Position numbers and translations under genes: made by a program
DNA from: Minisyncoccota bacterium
Lineage (GTDB): Bacteria > Patescibacteriota > Minisyncoccia > Phycocordibacterales > UBA918
Assembly: GCA_022841645.1 (NCBI GenBank)
Contig: JALHRC010000002.1
Location: 36,846 to 100,845, forward strand
Length of the DNA stretch: 64,000 nt
Reading direction: 5' to 3'
Shown here: in pieces, positions 48,602-57,260 of the stretch
How positions within the stretch are numbered: the first letter of the stretch is position 1
Layout: each line of letters opens with the position of its first letter
The notes under the pieces: model-generated
Told to the model about the DNA's origin: nothing
Seen by the model: the letters and a program-made list of their open reading frames with translations, nothing else
Databases searched by the model: none

Positions 48602-48630
48602 AAATAAGGCTCCTTTTGCTTGCTTTTTTA
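48589..48630 (+). terminator. Rho-independent terminator (AAAAGGAGCC-taaaaataa-GGCTCCTTTT followed by GCTTGCTTTTTT)
   Basis: 10-bp stem overlapping the stop codon, followed by a T-tract. Confidence 0.7.
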
Positions 48631-48683
48631 GCTGCTTTGTGCTATAATAGTAGATAGGTAGTGGGCAATCACGCCCACATGGA

Positions 48684-49040
48684 ATGGAGGCGCCAATGCG
48701 CACCGGTGCTCTTTGTCTTCTACTTCTTCTACTGGGAGCCTGCCAGGGGCTCACCACCCCGGAAATGGCAGCCAGCATGGCCAGCCGTGTACACACCTCC
48801 GTTAGAGTGGCAGCGGGCTGTGACCAGCTGGGAGCCAGCTGCGGCTCCTACCGAGTCGCTCAGGGCGACGTGAACGCCGGGCCTGATGGGCAGGACTGGT
48901 CCCTAAGCATGAGCTCTGGCGCTTCACAGCACTCGGAAAGGGAGTTCCGGCCGGCCCCGGTCGCCGTGCAGCCGTATCCCTTCTATGACCCATTCTATGA
49001 CCCCTACTGGCACCACAGGTCAAGGCGGAGGGGGTACTAA
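48684..49040 (+). CDS. Putative small lipoprotein (118 aa) in a high-G+C segment
   Basis: Signal peptide plus lipobox (LLLLLLGAC). Pro/Tyr-rich C-terminus (YPFYDPFYDPYWHH). The local G+C is visibly higher than its surroundings. The stop overlaps the next start (TAATG). Confidence 0.4.
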   Translation: MEAPMRTGALCLLLLLLGACQGLTTPEMAASMASRVHTSVRVAAGCDQLGASCGSYRVAQGDVNAGPDGQDWSLSMSSGASQHSEREFRPAPVAVQPYPFYDPFYDPYWHHRSRRRGY

Positions 49041-49303
49041 TGAGGAGGGCCATTGCACTGCTGCTGTGCTTACTAATGTTGCCAGGCTGCGGCATCAGCG
49101 TTGGTTGGGTGGAAATAGAGAGTGACCTGCCTGGTGTGGCAGAAGCACTCTTTCGGGCACAACAAGCCAGCGGGCTCATGCCACACTGTCCTGAGGGAGC
49201 AGAAGGGGAGTACCGTACCAGGACGGTAAGGGGCCGTTACGCCGGTAGCCAGCCTGCCACCAGCATCGTCGTGCGGTGCAGCTCAGCGACCGCTTGGTGG
49301 TGA
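49040..49303 (+). CDS. Putative small lipoprotein (87 aa), translationally coupled to the preceding ORF
   Basis: Signal peptide plus lipobox (LLMLPGCG). Same high-G+C segment. Confidence 0.4.
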   Translation: MRRAIALLLCLLMLPGCGISVGWVEIESDLPGVAEALFRAQQASGLMPHCPEGAEGEYRTRTVRGRYAGSQPATSIVVRCSSATAWW

Positions 49304-49311
49304 GCGTTGCG

Positions 49312-49350
49312 GGAGAGGATCGTGAAAACGAATCCTCTCCCCGCGGCGCT
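49312..49350 (+). terminator. Hairpin GAGAGGAT-cgtgaaaacga-ATCCTCTC followed by GCGCTTTTTGTTTAT; probable terminator
   Basis: 8-bp stem and downstream T-run, read from the sequence. Confidence 0.45.
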
Positions 49351-49400
49351 TTTTGTTTATACCCAAGCCGCAGTATGCACTGCTGTGGTACCATAAGCAG

Positions 49401-50237
49401 ATGCCTACTCATTCCTTTTTACGAGAAATCGGCAATGTCCTGTTGCGAATCTTTGCCGTGGTCTTCACCATTGTCCTCCTCGTTGGTCTTAGTACTGCTT
49501 GGGTGGAAGAATCGTCGCTGAGTGACGGCACCTGCAACGTCGCTGTCTTGCCCATTGAAGGCATTATTGCTCCCTTCACGGGTATTGTGGACGGACCAAT
49601 CATAAGTCCCGCTGATATCCGTCGTTTTCTTGCTGTAGCCGAAGATGATCTTTTTATTCAAGCGGTGCTCGTAGAAATCAACTCACCAGGTGGCACGCCA
49701 GTGGCAGCAGAAGCTATCGCTGATATGCTCGACGAGTTGTCGTTACCCACGGTTGGTCTCATTGGTGATATGGGTGCCTCAGGTGCCTACCTCGTGGCCG
49801 CTGCCACCGATCATCTCATCGCTTCACCGATGTCACAGGTGGGCTCACTTGGTGTCACTATGTCGTACGTTGAGGAAAGTGTTCGAAATGAAGAAGAAGG
49901 ACTGACATTTGTAGAGCTTGCCTCGGGTGAATTCAAAGAAGCCGGCAACCCCAATAAACCACTGACAGAGGAAGAGCGGGAGCGTTTTGAGCGCGAATTA
50001 GCCGTTGTGCACGACGCTTTTGTTGACCGCATCGCCGCACTGCGTGAGGTTCCAAGGGAGACTATTGCTTCAATAGCCGATGGTAGCACCTATACAGGGA
50101 AAGATGCTCTGGAAAAGAGTCTTATCGATGAGCTTGGTGGTCGCCGCGCCGCCCGGGCAGAGCTGGCTTCAGAGCTTGAAATTGAGCCTGTTGATGTAGT
50201 GTTCTGTGAGTACGAGCCAGCTTTGTGGTGGTTTTAG
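49401..50237 (+). CDS. sppA: Signal peptide peptidase SppA (S49 family, 36K type)
   Basis: N-terminal TM. S49 core VLVEINSPGGTPVAAEAI...GDMGASGAYLVAAATDHLIASPMSQVGSLGV. The ORF track start 49353 lies inside the upstream terminator T-tract, so ATG 49401 is preferred. Confidence 0.8.
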   Translation: MPTHSFLREIGNVLLRIFAVVFTIVLLVGLSTAWVEESSLSDGTCNVAVLPIEGIIAPFTGIVDGPIISPADIRRFLAVAEDDLFIQAVLVEINSPGGTPVAAEAIADMLDELSLPTVGLIGDMGASGAYLVAAATDHLIASPMSQVGSLGVTMSYVEESVRNEEEGLTFVELASGEFKEAGNPNKPLTEEERERFERELAVVHDAFVDRIAALREVPRETIASIADGSTYTGKDALEKSLIDELGGRRAARAELASELEIEPVDVVFCEYEPALWWF

Positions 50238-50286
50238 GGGTATACATGATTTTCAAACGAGCAGAACTCTGCTAAGGTGGTGAGCT

Positions 50287-51384
50287 ATGTCTCTTTCGGT
50301 TGGTATAGTGGGGTTGCCGAACGTTGGTAAATCAACGCTGTTTACTGCCCTCACCAAAAACGAGGTACTTATCGCTAACTACCCCTTTGCAACCATCGAT
50401 CCATCGGTCGGTGTTGTAGCCGTGCCCGATCACCGACTCTCCACCCTAGCTGCCATTTCAGGGAGCAAAGAGATTATTCCGGCGGTAGTAGAATTTGTCG
50501 ACATTGCCGGTCTCGTGAAAGGGGCCTCGGCGGGTGAGGGCCTTGGCAACAAATTTCTCGCGAACATCCGCGAGACCAACATGATCGCCGAAGTGGTACG
50601 CATTTTTGAAGACGAGGACGTGCATCACGTTGCCGGTGGTATTGATCCCCTCGCTGATATAGAAGTTATCAACCTTGAGCTTATCTTGGCTGACGCCGAG
50701 ACGGTAGCGAAGCGCAAAGCAAATGTCGAGCGTGAGGTAAAGCGCGGAGATAAGGAGGCTGCGATTGAATTTGACGCTCTAACGCGACTACTGCCACACC
50801 TAGAAGGCGGGCAGCTTGCCAACCGCTTTACCTTCACTGAGAAGGAGGAAGCGCTCATGAAGGGCCTGCACCTCCTTACTATGAAGCCGTTTCTTTATAT
50901 CTGTAACAAGAAGCACGGGGGCTTTAATCTTGATGAACAGAACGACGAACGTTGGCAAGAGCTCCTCCATTTTTTTGAGACTACTGGTAGTCACTACGTC
51001 GTTGTCGACGCGGGGATGGAACATGAGTTGCGCGATCTCGGCGACGATGAAAAGCTAGAGTTCCGTCGCGAGTATGGAGCACAGGGAAGTGGCATTGAGG
51101 AGCTCATTCGTGCGTGCTATCGCCTCTTAGGCCTCATTTCCTATTTTACAACTGGCGAGAAAGAGACCCGCGCTTGGACGGTGCCGTTTGGTAGCACGGG
51201 GCCTAAGGCGGCAGCGGCCATTCACACTGATTTTGAGAAGAAGTATATCCGTGCGCAGGTAGTGACTTTTAAAGACCTCGTTGAAGCTGGCTCGATGGCA
51301 AAGGCACGAGACCTGGGAAAACTCCGTACCGAAGGGAAGGACTATGTGGTCGTCGATGGTGACGTGATTGAGTTTATGGTCTAG
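50287..51384 (+). CDS. ychF: Redox-regulated ribosome-binding ATPase YchF (Obg-family)
   Basis: G1 [18 protein letters not shown]. YchF-specific NxxE context. C-terminal TGS domain ([12 protein letters not shown]). Confidence 0.9.
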   Translation: MSLSVGIVGLPNVGKSTLFTALTKNEVLIANYPFATIDPSVGVVAVPDHRLSTLAAISGSKEIIPAVVEFVDIAGLVKGASAGEGLGNKFLANIRETNMIAEVVRIFEDEDVHHVAGGIDPLADIEVINLELILADAETVAKRKANVEREVKRGDKEAAIEFDALTRLLPHLEGGQLANRFTFTEKEEALMKGLHLLTMKPFLYICNKKHGGFNLDEQNDERWQELLHFFETTGSHYVVVDAGMEHELRDLGDDEKLEFRREYGAQGSGIEELIRACYRLLGLISYFTTGEKETRAWTVPFGSTGPKAAAAIHTDFEKKYIRAQVVTFKDLVEAGSMAKARDLGKLRTEGKDYVVVDGDVIEFMV

Positions 51385-51416
51385 GACGCGTGAAGTACCA
51401 AGATCTCTCGCCACCA

Positions 51417-51445
51417 AAAACGCCACCCTTTTAGGGTGGCGTTTT
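51417..51445. terminator. Bidirectional rho-independent terminator (AAAACGCCACCC-tttta-GGGTGGCGTTTT), nested in a larger palindrome
   Basis: Perfect 12-bp stem flanked by A and T runs, between convergent ychF and the giant minus-strand gene. Confidence 0.7.
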
Positions 51446-51476
51446 GGGTGGCGAGATGCCCAACAATGGTACCTCT

Positions 51477-54400
51477 CTACCAGTCGTAGTTAAGTAGGGC
51501 GCGTGTTTGCGGCCCAACTGAGCCTGTTACAGTGAGGCCACGAGCTGCCTGGTACGCTTCTACAGCTTCTGTAGTAGCGTTATCGAAGTGACCTGTTACC
51601 GCTCCCGTGTAGTGACCGAGATCGGTCAAGAGCCACTGCAACGCCTCTACCTCATCGCCAGTAGCTCCTGCAGACAGTAATTGGGTGAAGTTTACTACCC
51701 GAGCAATACCTTGAACCTGGGCGCGCGGGTCACTTGCAATACCGCCCCAATCCGTTGCTGTAAGGTAGAACCACTGACCAATATTATTTTGGAAGTACGC
51801 CCTACCGTTGTAAATGAGGATAAGAACGCCCTCTCCTGTATAGCGTGAAGTTGAGCCGTTAAGTGCGATACGGTGTCCTAGACTATCGAAGTTCCCAAAC
51901 GACCAGCGGTTACCGGCAGCATCGGTTACAAAGCCACCTTGCTGTGGTTCCAAAGTAAGGCTTGTCCCGCCCGAACCACTAATAGACGGTGTGGGGCTAG
52001 TTGCAACTGGCTGCGGCACGTCCTCATTGAGCGGTTCGTCAGGGTCATTACCAATCACAAACCTAGCATCACCATTACTCCTAAGCGTGCTCGCCATATT
52101 TTGGTCAACGCCATTGAGAGCAACTGACTTAACATACAAGTTGCGGTCGGCGTCAGATGAACCACCCCAGGCATCATTGTAGTAGCGTACTACTAGGGTG
52201 CGTTCAGCACTCGTGAAGTCTCCCTTCACGTCAACATAGGTGATTTGCGAACGACGATTCTCTGCAAACACTGATCCGCCACCTATCTTCCTGCCATCAA
52301 GAAGGAGATCATACTGCGGTGGTGACACCCAAATATCTCCAGAGAGCGCGAGGCGCACCGTGTCGCTACCGGCACCAAACACAAGGACTTCAGAATTTGA
52401 TGATGGTGGTAGTTCCTCCTCATCTACAGGAACTGGTGGGGTACTAGTGGGTCCGCTACTACTATTCCAGCGACTACCACTGTAGGTAAACCATTTACCA
52501 TTAGTGTTTTGTGCGTACACTCGACCGCCGTTAGCAATGAGAAGGAGCACACCCGACGCCCCTCTAGTTAACGTGCCGTTGAGTGCAATGCGATGTCCGC
52601 TCGGACCGCTGCGCTCGCTGAATGTCCAGTTACCATGCTGAGAACGCACACTACCACCACTCAGCGGAGAAATTGAGCTGCCGTCTGGCGAAAGGGTTTC
52701 AGGGTCTCCGATTGATGTTCCTGGTGCGTCCGTAACAGCCACTGTCACTTCCTTAGTTGTTACTCCACTTAGATTTGCGCAGGTGACCTTGTAGGTTGTG
52801 CTCTGCAGTGGCGAGACAGTTGCACTGCCGCTCGTGCCAACCAGGGTAAAGCCCGAGGTAGCACATGTCGCAGCATCAGTACTTACCAGTGTGAGCGTAG
52901 TGCTCTGTCCCTTCTGAATACTGGTAGGGTTTGCTGTCAGCGAAGCAGTCGGAAGGGGTATGTTTGGGGTAGTGGTCTTAGTAAGGTAGGTCTCAACACT
53001 CCAACCATCAACGGTGGAGCTATCAAAATCGATTTTCCACCAGTTCTCGCCGTCAGCGACTTGCGAAGCCTCTAGCACTGCGCCGCGCGCGCCGAGTGGC
53101 TGGGTTCCGAGAAGCGAACCAGTCAAACTAGCAATGCTGCGCACATTAAGAACACTAGTTGTTTCGACACGATCGCCTGACTTAAAGAGGGTGCTTACCA
53201 CAGGAACCGACACGGTGACCGTGGTCTCAGCGCTGACCGTGCCACCACCACCAGTGCAGGTCACTTTGTAGGTGGTGGTTTCTGTCGGCATCACCGGAAG
53301 AAGACCACTTGTGCCCGAGACGGTAACTCCCGTGCCGGTACAACTTGTCACATTTTGGGTTACTAAAGTCAGAATGCTAGTCTGACCCCGTAGGATAGAA
53401 GAGGGAGTGGCAGTGAGACTGACTGTACTCACGGTCTCATTTCTTGAAATCACAAAGCTGGCTTCGCCATTTTGGGTAAGGCGCGCCGAGCGATTGAGAT
53501 CGCTGTCATTGAGTGCTAGTGACTTTACGTACAGGTTACGGTCGGTGTCAGATGAGCCCCCCCACGCATCATTATAGAATTGAATGACGAGGGTGTGCGA
53601 CCGGCCGTCACTGAAGTCGCCGTGGACATTGATGTATTCAATCTGGCCAAGCTTTTCATTGGCTGCTACTCGACCACTGCCGATGTTTTTGCCATCAAGC
53701 AGCACATTGAAGCCCGGCAGATCGCCCCACAGGTCACCTGAGAGACCTACCTTCAAAATATCTGAGCCCTCACCAAACTTAGTGGGGTCAGTTGGAACGG
53801 TAGGGGTAGTGGGGGTAGTCGGGGTAGTAGGCTCGGTTGGTGCGGTAGGGGTAGCGGGGGTGCGGGGGTCACCACCATAGTGGGGACGCCAGTCATTATT
53901 TTCCCAGTAGTACCACCAATCCCTCTTCGTGGCCAAAAAGGCCCTTCCTCCATTGAGGATGTAGATGCCGGTACCGTACCCACCACCAGCTGGGTTTCCG
54001 TTGAGATACGTGCGGGTACCCAGATCATTTGTTTCCGTGCCAAAAGTCCACACGCCTTCCGGAGTAGAAACTGAAGTTCCTCCAGGCACAAGGACTGAAC
54101 CATCAGGTGATACAGGGTTAGCACTGAAGCGGATTCGCTTGAGGTCACCAGCAAAGTCAAGTGGCCCACCGGCTCCGGTGCATATAACCATGTAATCTGA
54201 CTGCTTTTTGGGAGTAACCTTTATACTGCCGCTCGTACTATTTACTACAAAATCAGGATCAAGACTTGTTCCCGTACACCTCCGAGCATTTTGACTCGAC
54301 CATGTAAGTGTAACCTGTTCACCATCTACCACCAGAGAACGATCGCTGGTAAGAGTAACTCTGACCGTGGTGGGTGCCATAGGAGCGATGGGTTGTTTTG

Positions 54401-56477
54401 GCACAATGTTAAAGGTTGGTTCCTTGGACATATTAGCGGCATCAGTATATGAAGGTTGCGCAGTCTTAAGCCACGCATAGGCCTTCTTAGCGTTTTCATC
54501 ACCAAGCGTATCAGCAAGCAGCGCCATGCTCATGATTCCAAGCTGACCAAAGTAACCATTGCTCTGCGTCCAGCCGCTGAAACCATTCGAGTCCCAGGCG
54601 ATTCCATGAGCACCCATATCACGCCAACTGGTAAGTCGCTTATATTCACCAGTTGGTTGCCTGGGATTGTTTGGAATATTGTGATTTACACCATCGCGCG
54701 GATTAAAGCCATTGTCAGCATTCATGAAGCGTCCCACATACCAATTCTTTGACCACTCCAGATACGGCTTCACATTGGTAAAGCCAAAGTTATAGGCTTG
54801 TACCAAAGTCGAAAGAAGAAAATCATTCTGCCATGGTGACATCGCTTGATTGTTCCAATAGGCATAACCTAGATTGTACCCGTGAATGTCTCCCTGTAGC
54901 GTAGTACGTGATGCCATCTGACTCTTTAACCACTCAATGTTGTTGTTCGAAATTTTAGTGAAGTAGGTTTTTTCTGGTGAACCATCAGGGTTAGCCCACG
55001 CTGCTTGAATCACTCCACGAAGACCCCAGGCACCGCCACGTATCTCAAAGGCACTTGATACAATAATGCCCTTTTCGTGAAATCGAGCATTTCCATATTC
55101 CTCTCCCGACGGCCACGATGACATAATGTTCCATGAGGCAGCAGCGTTGAGTTGATCAAGCAGATAGCGCTTGCCAGTGAAGAGGTACGGAACAAAATTG
55201 AGACTCGGCTGGTGTGAGCTGTCGGGACCCCAGCCATGGCCATCAGCAGGAAGTTGGGTAGGGCGGCCACTGTTTCGATCGCCCGGTACACCAGCAGGCT
55301 CACCGCGTCCATCAATCCACAACTTAGGGTAGTGATCAGTGTTCAACCAGGTGTTGTTAGCGGCGTCCCAGTAGTGCCAAGTGATGGCAGCAGCACCATT
55401 GGCTTGACCGAGACCCATCTTCGCTGAAATAGGGTGCTGCGTCATGATCCAAGCGGTGTTCCAGAGAGTGTGAACGCCAATGTCTGGACGGCCGCCAGCC
55501 ATTCCCATTGCCTTCGCGATCCAGTTTGCCTCAAATGGCTTATTCCAGTTAGCACTACTGACCGCTTCGTTCATCCGGTTAATGAGACTTTGATCAACCC
55601 CGTTAGTGAGATCATAGTTCGCTACCGCCCCCGTACTGATGATGTAGGGTACGTCACGCTGTACGTTTATCTCGGCCGACGCCGGCTTGCTCCAGACCTC
55701 TTGGTGCCATTGCTGGTACTGGTAGTGGGTGAGGGTTGGGTGACTTACGACAGTTCTACCATCGTTGCTAATCGTGGCCGCATATCTGAGGGTGCCGCCC
55801 GTTGCCGTCATGGCCCGGTCATTGTTAAACATGATGTCAGCCCAGTAGGTACCGTCACTGTACTTTGCGAGGTCGACGACGAGACGCAGTGAGGAGGTGA
55901 CGTAGATGTCGATGCGGCCTTCGGTCACGATGGGTCCTTGGCGCCAGTAGGTGACTTTGCCAGCTGCAAGTTCCCGGGCAAAGATGCTCGCGAGGTCGTA
56001 GGTGAAGGTCCCACCACCTTGGATGGCGATAGTGACGTCCATATCAAGACCGGAGAGGCTCGAAAGAGAAATCGGGGTGCCGCTCTTAGCGGCACTCATG
56101 AGCATGGAAGGATTTGCGGTGTTGGCAGAAAGGGTGGGGGCGACTGCCGAGACGACGCCAAACTTCACCGAACCGTCAGCATGGCGGGTCTTCACGTCAA
56201 TCTGGGCGGGAATGGTGCTGCCGTTCACCTTGAGAGCAACACCACTGTTGCCCCCGAGGTCACCTTCTTTAAAGACCTGGCCGAACTGGACGGGACCAGA
56301 GGGTATGCTGGTGCTCGTAGGGTTTTGGAGGTTCATCCCGACGATGTCAGTACTCCCTGAGGGTTGGGGGACGGAAGGGGCTTTGACCTGGGCGTGGGTG
56401 GTGATAGGAAGAATGAGCGCGCCAGCTAACAGTAGTAGGAAGGGGAGAATAAAAGAGGGGCGAGAAGAAGTAATCAT
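51477..56477 (-). CDS. Giant secreted multidomain protein (about 1666 aa). It has a large N-terminal uncharacterised domain, two CBM-like ~120-aa repeats, Pro/Thr-rich linkers, an SH3b-like domain and a C-terminal PG_binding_1-like domain
   Basis: Signal peptide MITSSRPSFILPFLLLLAGALILPITTHA. The ORF track start 56531 is 18 codons further upstream. Repeats YNDAWGGSSD(T/A)DRNLYVKS(L/V)ALN occur twice. SH3b-like LNVRSIASLTGSLLGTQPLGARGAVL...WWKIDF. C-terminal LQWLLTDLGHYTGAVTGHFDNATTEAVEAYQAARGLTVTG. Confidence 0.85.
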   Translation of the reverse strand: MITSSRPSFILPFLLLLAGALILPITTHAQVKAPSVPQPSGSTDIVGMNLQNPTSTSIPSGPVQFGQVFKEGDLGGNSGVALKVNGSTIPAQIDVKTRHADGSVKFGVVSAVAPTLSANTANPSMLMSAAKSGTPISLSSLSGLDMDVTIAIQGGGTFTYDLASIFARELAAGKVTYWRQGPIVTEGRIDIYVTSSLRLVVDLAKYSDGTYWADIMFNNDRAMTATGGTLRYAATISNDGRTVVSHPTLTHYQYQQWHQEVWSKPASAEINVQRDVPYIISTGAVANYDLTNGVDQSLINRMNEAVSSANWNKPFEANWIAKAMGMAGGRPDIGVHTLWNTAWIMTQHPISAKMGLGQANGAAAITWHYWDAANNTWLNTDHYPKLWIDGRGEPAGVPGDRNSGRPTQLPADGHGWGPDSSHQPSLNFVPYLFTGKRYLLDQLNAAASWNIMSSWPSGEEYGNARFHEKGIIVSSAFEIRGGAWGLRGVIQAAWANPDGSPEKTYFTKISNNNIEWLKSQMASRTTLQGDIHGYNLGYAYWNNQAMSPWQNDFLLSTLVQAYNFGFTNVKPYLEWSKNWYVGRFMNADNGFNPRDGVNHNIPNNPRQPTGEYKRLTSWRDMGAHGIAWDSNGFSGWTQSNGYFGQLGIMSMALLADTLGDENAKKAYAWLKTAQPSYTDAANMSKEPTFNIVPKQPIAPMAPTTVRVTLTSDRSLVVDGEQVTLTWSSQNARRCTGTSLDPDFVVNSTSGSIKVTPKKQSDYMVICTGAGGPLDFAGDLKRIRFSANPVSPDGSVLVPGGTSVSTPEGVWTFGTETNDLGTRTYLNGNPAGGGYGTGIYILNGGRAFLATKRDWWYYWENNDWRPHYGGDPRTPATPTAPTEPTTPTTPTTPTVPTDPTKFGEGSDILKVGLSGDLWGDLPGFNVLLDGKNIGSGRVAANEKLGQIEYINVHGDFSDGRSHTLVIQFYNDAWGGSSDTDRNLYVKSLALNDSDLNRSARLTQNGEASFVISRNETVSTVSLTATPSSILRGQTSILTLVTQNVTSCTGTGVTVSGTSGLLPVMPTETTTYKVTCTGGGGTVSAETTVTVSVPVVSTLFKSGDRVETTSVLNVRSIASLTGSLLGTQPLGARGAVLEASQVADGENWWKIDFDSSTVDGWSVETYLTKTTTPNIPLPTASLTANPTSIQKGQSTTLTLVSTDAATCATSGFTLVGTSGSATVSPLQSTTYKVTCANLSGVTTKEVTVAVTDAPGTSIGDPETLSPDGSSISPLSGGSVRSQHGNWTFSERSGPSGHRIALNGTLTRGASGVLLLIANGGRVYAQNTNGKWFTYSGSRWNSSSGPTSTPPVPVDEEELPPSSNSEVLVFGAGSDTVRLALSGDIWVSPPQYDLLLDGRKIGGGSVFAENRRSQITYVDVKGDFTSAERTLVVRYYNDAWGGSSDADRNLYVKSVALNGVDQNMASTLRSNGDARFVIGNDPDEPLNEDVPQPVATSPTPSISGSGGTSLTLEPQQGGFVTDAAGNRWSFGNFDSLGHRIALNGSTSRYTGEGVLILIYNGRAYFQNNIGQWFYLTATDWGGIASDPRAQVQGIARVVNFTQLLSAGATGDEVEALQWLLTDLGHYTGAVTGHFDNATTEAVEAYQAARGLTVTGSVGPQTRALLNYDW

Positions 56478-56670
56478 GAATATATTTTTAAAGGTAAACT
56501 TTGTACGACAACTTGCGTCCACCACGCACACAAGCTTTTACAGCACGTCTGATTAAATTTTGTAATGTTTCATCAATAACGAACAAGACCTTCCAGGCCT
56601 ATACCTGAAAGTAAGAGTAGCAGGTGAGAGGCTGCTACACACAGCCTTGTCCCCACGTTATGCACAGTGC

Positions 56671-56964
56671 TTAGCTTTTACCACTAGGTCGATTGAGTCG
56701 TTGCACCGGGCTCACTACATTAGGGTTCCACTGCGCGGTGATTGCTCCATGCTCTTTTTCAAACTCTGCTACTTGATGAGCAAGGTACTGCGCAAACCGC
56801 TTGGCGTGCTGTGGAGTGATGGCGTAGACCACACCCGCCTCACCAGAACTGAGTGCCATAGCAAAATACTCAGGTGTATAAGCAAGTTGAATAGACTCAC
56901 AAAACTCTTTTGGCTCGTTGCGAAAATCTTCAGCTGAAAGTGGCATACCGAGATATTCTATCAT
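56671..56964 (-). CDS. Hypothetical protein (97 aa)
   Basis: ORF divergent from leuS. No SD and no recognisable motif. Confidence 0.4.
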   Translation of the reverse strand: MIEYLGMPLSAEDFRNEPKEFCESIQLAYTPEYFAMALSSGEAGVVYAITPQHAKRFAQYLAHQVAEFEKEHGAITAQWNPNVVSPVQRLNRPSGKS

Positions 56965-57055
56965 GTCATTTTGACAAGAAAACTTTGCTAAAACTTTGGT
57001 ACCAATACTAAATTAAAATTAGCGCTATCTTGCCTATTTTCTGCGCTCAACAGTT

Positions 57056-57095
57056 AGATTCTTCTTACTATCATATATGATAGTAAGAAGAATCT
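57056..57095. repeat. 40-bp perfect palindrome AGATTCTTCTTACTATCATATATGATAGTAAGAAGAATCT in the divergent promoter region upstream of leuS
   Basis: Perfect 19+19 arms around AT, read directly from the sequence. The CATATATG core is shared with the palindromes at 11014 and 29191. Confidence 0.65.
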
Positions 57096-57260
57096 TTGTA
57101 AAAGCATCCGCCCAACTCACCCCGCGACAGAGCAAGGCGTGGCATTACATGGGTGGTTACAGCTATCTGGGAGATAATAGGTGTAAGGGTGTTTTTGCTA
57201 GCATAGGTGCCACCGCAACGATTTACATTTATTGCAATCGTGGCATACTAGCAGTTACGT

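Noticed and set aside
48661-48873. Alternative-frame 70-aa ORF in the high-G+C segment
   Set aside because: Overlaps the frame that encodes a convincing signal peptide plus lipobox and is translationally coupled to the next ORF. High-G+C DNA produces open frames in several phases.
53584-54195. Plus-strand ORFs opposite the giant minus-strand gene (for example 53584-53880 with a VGVVGVVG repeat)
   Set aside because: They mirror the Pro/Thr-linker tandem repeats of the minus-strand gene. Antisense artefacts.
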